The notes below the pieces were generated by a model. The model ran no database searches. It had not been told where the DNA came from and saw only the letters and a list, made by a program, of their open reading frames with translations. Shown here one piece after another: positions 59,601-64,000 of a DNA stretch of 64,000 nt. Position 1 is the first letter of the stretch. Each line of letters starts with the position of its first letter. A program made the translations under genes and the position numbers. The DNA lies in assembly GCF_947568905.1 (NCBI RefSeq), contig NC_079170.1, forward strand, positions 71,920,001 to 71,984,000, in the 5' to 3' direction. This DNA comes from Ostrea edulis (lineage: Eukaryota).

Positions 59601-61021
59601 TTCAGCTTATTTGCAGGATCATAAACCTACAAATAGCGGATGATTTGGATTCAATATTCTATGTGGTGGATCAAAGTGAAGTCAGGAATGGATTTGACCA
59701 CCACATGTAATATACACATCTTGTTACTGTAAATCACTCTTCATTCGCGAGCACTCTATTTTCGTGTAAATTCATGAGGTGCTTTGACGCGAAAATAAGG
59801 TTCTCGTGAATAATATCTTTTGCATATATTATTATGAACAAATGGAACGTTCACCAACATTCTGTCTCTATGATGAATCTGACAAAGCGACATCTTGAAA
59901 ATAAAGGTTTGCGAAATACATGTGGTTTACAGTAAATAAATGTAAAATTGATAAAAAGACCAGAAAAAGGACAATTTCACATTTACTTGGGACCTTGTAA
60001 ATCAGTACATTGCCGAGAATTGTGTGGTTTTCTCTCGTAAGTCATGTGACCTTATCAGCATCACTCGTACTGTGATCAGGTGAATGTCCTCGGATTCATC
60101 ACGGTGATTGGACAACATATCTAGATAAGAAGGTTTAGTTTAGTTTTGTATATTTGTTTGACAGCAAGGCCTCATTGTCCAAACTATTGCAGAATAACAC
60201 AATCATTAGCAAGGTACTGCCTACAAAGTCTGAAGTGAAAGTGAAGATGTGAAAAAGTCCTAATTTCAAATAATTATGTGTATAGCATGCACTGAGTGAC
60301 GGTGTCATTATTTACCTGAATGTTTGGAATCACATACAATACATTTTGTGTTTGCTTTTTTGTCAGTTTTACAAGACGTTTTCTTATTTAATGGCAAATT
60401 AATCTCAAACTGCTTCCATGTATACGGCTTAGAACAATTAACGTTTTGATTCTCGGCTAGAATTTTCAAAATTCTGTCTGACGGGCCGGGTTTAAAATTC
60501 ATATTTTGTATTTATTCACATGAGCCCGTCATGAATTGACCCTCTCAATTCTATATTTACAAAATAGACAGTGTCAAATCTTAATAAGACAAAAAATTGT
60601 GACAAGCCCCTGTTTATTCATTGTACTCCACTGTTGCATGATTTTGTATGAGTTAATTCTATTCATTATAAGAAATTTTAAATAAATATTGAATAGGGTT
60701 CTTATTCATTGTATAAATAATTTATTTCCTTCACTTAAAACTTTAATTATTTATTTCTATCTTTTAAACTATGAGGCATAGATTTATCATTGTAACCTTA
60801 AACATTTATACTATTCTATTGATATTCAAAAATTTATTATTTAATGCATAGAAACTCGAGTAAATTGAGCAATATGGTAGCTTTCAGATCGACACAGCAG
60901 TGACCTAGAATCATTAGATTTATTTTCTGTAATTAAGAGAATGGGACACAGCTAAGGAAATGTTTTTTCATCTTTACAGTATGGATTAAAAGCACAGGCA
61001 GAAGCAGGACCATCGTCATGA
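50627..61021 (+). CDS. NAA10: N-alpha-acetyltransferase 10 (NatA catalytic subunit), 7 exons, 171 aa
   Basis: Exons 50627-50647 (MNIRCAK), 53733-53831 ([33 protein letters not shown]), 54832-54890, 55139-55187 (HGHITSL), 56968-57128 ([16 protein letters not shown]...[14 protein letters not shown]), 59134-59218 ([14 protein letters not shown]), 60980-61021; GT-AG, phases consistent, 516 nt. Confidence 0.97.
52292..52414 (-). pseudogene. 5S rRNA-derived repeat, copy A (SINE3-like head or 5S pseudogene)
   Basis: Direct repeat of 52644-52766; the minus strand aligns to the 5S internal control region (GATCAC...TAAGCAA...TTGG.TG..TGAC). Confidence 0.6.
52644..52766 (-). pseudogene. 5S rRNA-derived repeat, copy B
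   Basis: Minus strand: tgatcacccaaactaagcaatggcaagcatgatcagcccttggctgggtgacc resembles mollusc 5S cgatcaccgaagttaagcaa...gtacttggatgggtgacc (as recalled). Confidence 0.65.
53372..53450 (+). mobile_element. Degenerate tRNA-derived SINE head
   Basis: tagcttagttgataaagc...gagttcaaatcc A/B boxes. Confidence 0.5.
53455..53617. repeat. 39-bp tandem repeat, about 4 copies
   Basis: Unit tttatttttagatcttattgtttttgggaatgtcctatg. Confidence 0.9.
53733..53831 (+). CDS. NAA10: NAA10 exon 2
   Basis: catcag|CCAGAA...CCCCAG|gtagca. Confidence 0.96.
53852..54717. mobile_element. TTAA-flanked TIR element (Kolobok-type non-autonomous) with a nested MITE
   Basis: 30-bp TIR aggggaatggacatgatttgagctgaaaat / agggacatggacacgatttgaactgaaaat; TTAA at 53848-53851 and 54718-54721. 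Confidence 0.8.
54041..54366. mobile_element. PIF/Harbinger-like MITE nested in the TTAA element
   Basis: TIR ggccaatt...agattatc at both ends; flanks GTA / TTA. Confidence 0.65.
54832..54890 (+). CDS. NAA10: NAA10 exon 3
   Basis: tttcag|CTCTCG...GAAAAT|gtgagt. Confidence 0.96.
55139..55187 (+). CDS. NAA10: NAA10 exon 4
   Basis: ttgcag|GGAGGA...TCATTG|gtgaga. Confidence 0.95.
55218..55756 (-). mobile_element. HINE/pearl-like element, same family as 33143-33953, opposite orientation
   Basis: End gtgagcattgctcacagtatctcttgtt is the reverse complement of the 33143 head; GTCC microsatellite; two ~128-bp internal repeats. Confidence 0.82.
55892..56261. repeat. 30-bp minisatellite (about 10 copies) closed by one inverted unit
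   Basis: Unit atgtatatgactagatcctttgatccgctc; inverted copy at 56239-56261. Confidence 0.92.
56342..56984 (+). repeat. ~70-bp minisatellite made of the NAA10 intron-4 acceptor plus the first 17 exon bases (8 decoys plus the true site)
   Basis: Unit gtagaatgctgtagatcggatgtttactgttacgtgtgttttattttatccagGCGGTGAAGCGATCTCA. Confidence 0.95.
56968..57128 (+). CDS. NAA10: NAA10 exon 5 (acetyl-CoA binding RRLGLA motif)
   Basis: atccag|GCGGTG...TTCTC|gtaagt. Confidence 0.96.
57991..58650. repeat. 37-bp minisatellite (about 15 copies) preceded by two inverted ancestral units
   Basis: Unit tgacaatgaatagaagacgagatcagacttagatatc; fold-back centred at 58059-58060. Confidence 0.92.
58783..58852 (+). mobile_element. 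tRNA-derived SINE head / tRNA pseudogene
   Basis: A box TAGCTCGATTGG, B box GGTTCAAATCC; stems do not close as a functional tRNA. Confidence 0.6.
58876..59018. repeat. 24-bp tandem repeat, about 6 copies
   Basis: Unit tgacttgtagctgatatgatacgg. Confidence 0.9.
59134..59218 (+). CDS. NAA10: NAA10 exon 6
   Basis: tttcag|AGTGAG...GAAAAG|gtcggc. Confidence 0.94.
60980..61021 (+). CDS. NAA10: NAA10 terminal exon ([13 protein letters not shown])
   Basis: tctttacag acceptor, phase 0, TGA at 61019-61021. Confidence 0.75.
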   Translation, partial: YGLKAQAEAGPSS

Positions 61022-61728
61022 CAACAGTGACATAGGAGAAGTCATTAGTTTTATTTTCGATTTAAAGACTTTTTTGTTTGCTATCGGAGGAAGTGGAATG
61101 TGTGATACTGACATCAGACTTGCATGTGATGTCATCAAAACACGATATTCTGAACTTCACGCGTGGCAGTTACCACTACATATACACATGTGCATTTTTA
61201 TTCACATTAATGATTTTTTTTTTTCTTCTTAAGATTTACATGTAGCTTAAAATCCTTGTGAATTATTGAATTGTGCATTTAAGATCCAAGATGAAATATA
61301 AAATATTATGCTATAAAGCTATTTATTTTGATTGTAATTATGTTTCAAACTTGGATGTATTCCACCATTGCAGATAAAGGATGGTTTGTGACAATCAGAC
61401 CAGAGGCAGGGAAAATAGGATTTGATTTATGAGTGTTTTAGAGATGTCAGAATCTTTATAGAACTGTACAATTATTGACAGTTTTTAGGTCAATACGATA
61501 CTATAGGTACCTGACAAATTCAATATTCACCAGTCCTGAAGGGCAAGTTGAATATTGTACTTCGAGGGAAGTTAAAGCATTGTATTCATTCACCCAGACA
61601 GTGTCGGTGATTATTTTGATTGAATAATTCAAAACACATAGACTTGCTAATAGAGCCTATGGAATGATTCTTCACAAAAAAATCTAACACTAAAGCTAAT
61701 AACATATCTACACTACAAATTTCCACAG

Positions 61729-62856
61729 GAGTGTGGATAGTATCGGAATATGTTCACAGACACGTGGAGTGTGGATAGTATCGGAATATGTTCACAGACA
61801 CGTGGAGTGTGGATAGTCTCGGAACATGTTCACAGACACGTGGAGTGTGGATAGTCTCGGAACATGTTCACATGCACGTGGAGTGTGGATAGTCTTGGAA
61901 CATGTTCACAGGCACGTGGAGTGTGGATAGTCTTGGAACATGTTCACAGGCACGTGGAATGTGGATAATCTTGGAACACGTTCACAGGCACGTGGAATGT
62001 GGATAGTCTCGGAACATGTTCACAGACACGTGGAGTGTGGATAGTATCAGAATATGTTCACAGACACGTGGAGTGTGGATAGTCTCGGAACATGTTCACA
62101 TGCACGTGGAGTGTGGATAGTCTCGGAATATGTTCACAGGCACGTGGAGTGTGGATAGTCTTGGAACATGTTCACAGGCACGTGGAGTGTGGATAGTCTT
62201 GGAACATGTTCACAGGCACGTGGAGTGTGGATAATCTCAGAACATGTTCACAGGCACATGGAGTGTGGATAGTCTCGGAACATGTTCACAGGCACGTGGA
62301 GTGTGGATAGTCTTGGAACATGTTCACAGGCACGTGAAGTGTGGATAGTCTCAGAACATGTTCACAGGCACGTGAAGTGTGGATAGTCTCGGAACATGTT
62401 CACAGGCACGTGGAGTGTGGATAGTCTCAGAACATGTTCACAGACACGTGGAATGTGGATAGTCTCGGAACATGTTCACAGGCATTTGGAATGTGGATAG
62501 TCTCGGAATATGTTCACAGGCACGTGGAGTATGGATAGTCTTGGAACATGTTCACAGGCACATGGAATGTGGATAGTCTTGGAACATGTTCACAGGCACG
62601 TGGAGTGTGGATAGTCTTGGAACATGTTCACAGGCACGTGGAGTGTGGATAGTCTTGGAACATGTTCACAGGCACGTGGAATGTGGATAGTCTTGGAACA
62701 CGTTCACAGGCACGTGGAATGTGGATAGTCTCGGAACATGTTCACAGACATGTGGAGTGTGGATAGTCTCGGAACATGTTCACAGGCACGTGGAGTGTGG
62801 ATAGTCTCGGAACATGTTCACAGACACGTGGAGTGTGGATGTTCTTGGAACATGTT
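61729..62856. repeat. 38-bp minisatellite, about 29 copies
   Basis: Unit gtggagtgtggatagtcttggaacatgttcacaggcac. Confidence 0.96.
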
Positions 62857-62988
62857 CGATGACCTTGATCTACAATACATGATAACTTAATTAGACTCAA
62901 GGAGGTCGAGTTAATTAATTATGATAATCAGCACAAAAATTAACTTGTATCCAGTGAGACTCCTTATTATGCAGTGTGAATAAATTTG

Positions 62989-63920
62989 AACAAGAGGCCC
63001 ATGGGCCACATCACTCACCAGAGCCAAGATATATTGGCCCTGCCATTGTTAAAGGTCACACGGTCAAATACCAAAGTAGAACAAGGCCTTGCCATAAAGA
63101 ATCTATATACAAAATATAAAAGCCCTACCTTAAGTGATATTAAATAGGTCAAGGTTTTATAAAAAGTAGGTCAAACTCTAAGGTCAAAGGTATTTGCCAT
63201 TGTGTCACAAGGTCAATACGCAATATATGAAAGCCCTACCTTAAATAGGTATGTTTTCGGAAAAGTAGGTCAAACTCAGAATTTAAGGTCAAAGGACATG
63301 GTGTTGGTTGTATGTTGTTTGATGTCCAGCAGGAGAATATTTCACTGATGTGAGATGTCATTATCGGTGAAGGGTTGCAAAATTTAGGCCTATGTTCGGT
63401 ACTTATGGCCTTTAAGCTGAAAGGGATCTTGATCGTGCCACACCTGCTGTGACGTGGTCTTATCTGAAGGACCGCCCCATTTAGTCACCTCTTACAACAA
63501 GCAAGTGGTACTGAGGACCTATTCTAACCCAGATTCCCTCCGGAAATATGAAATGAAACGTCTTGCCATAAGAAATTTATATACAAGATATGAAAGATCT
63601 ACCTTAAATAGTTTAGGACATATTGAATAGGTCAACCTTTTCGTTCAAGGTCACAAGATCACACACCATTGGAACACATGAAAGGTCTTTCCTAAAGAAT
63701 GGATCAAGAATAGGGCTCACGGCGGGCGTGACCGGTCGACAGTGGATGCTTACTCCTCCTAGTCACCTGATCCCACCTCTGGTGTATCCAGGGGTCCATG
63801 TTTGACCAACTATCTATTTTGTATTGCTTATGGGGGTTATGAGATGGATCACTGTTTGTTATCTTCACCTTTCATATACAAAATATCAAAGTCCAAGCTT
63901 AAATAGTTCAAGAGATATTA
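62989..63920 (+). mobile_element. HINE-like element interrupted by a minus-strand SINE (about 63300-63540) and another dispersed repeat (about 63695-63870)
   Basis: Head aacaagaggcccatgggccacatc; caaggtca/aaagccctac repeats resume after each insert. Confidence 0.55.
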
Positions 63921-64000
63921 CCCCAGAACACACCAGAAGGGGGATCAGGTGCCTAGGAGGAGTAAGCATCCCCTGTCGACCGGTTACTCCCACCGTGAGT

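Noticed and set aside
5564-62856. Regular short repeats resembling CRISPR arrays
   Set aside because: Units are head-to-tail with no unique spacers, there are no cas genes, and the DNA is clearly spliceosomal-intron eukaryotic.

Overview
AT-rich, intron- and repeat-rich animal DNA, most likely a bivalve (oyster-like: HindIII-containing ~166-bp satellite monomers inside Helentron-type elements, mollusc-type 5S-derived repeats). All splice junctions were assembled by hand. Three genes: (1) the 3' part of Bicaudal D (+, exons 92-470 and 951-2785); (2) a 21-exon minus-strand gene (47995->14491, 5400 nt CDS, about 1799 aa) in which every junction is GT-AG and phase-consistent; (3) a complete 7-exon NAA10/ARD1 N-acetyltransferase (+, 50627-61021, 171 aa), head-to-head with gene 2. 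Gene 2 fuses an N-terminal death effector domain, a probable TRADD-N-like domain and a coiled coil onto a PARP14-like body (4 RRM-like, KH-like region, ONE macrodomain, WWE, ART). Both enzyme modules look disabled: the macrodomain has NAAN->NAAD, and the ART has HG->HT, YFA->YFD and loss of the nicotinamide-stacking Tyr. This is the best candidate for a novel system, a decoy/sensor coupling ADP-ribose or RNA sensing to DED death signalling. A second theme is tandem arrays built from the genes' own splice junctions, one of them in frame with the exon. Introns also hold many MITEs, Helentron-type elements, tRNA- and 5S-derived SINE-like repeats and about 20 minisatellites. Domain and motif calls are from remembered family motifs, not database searches.
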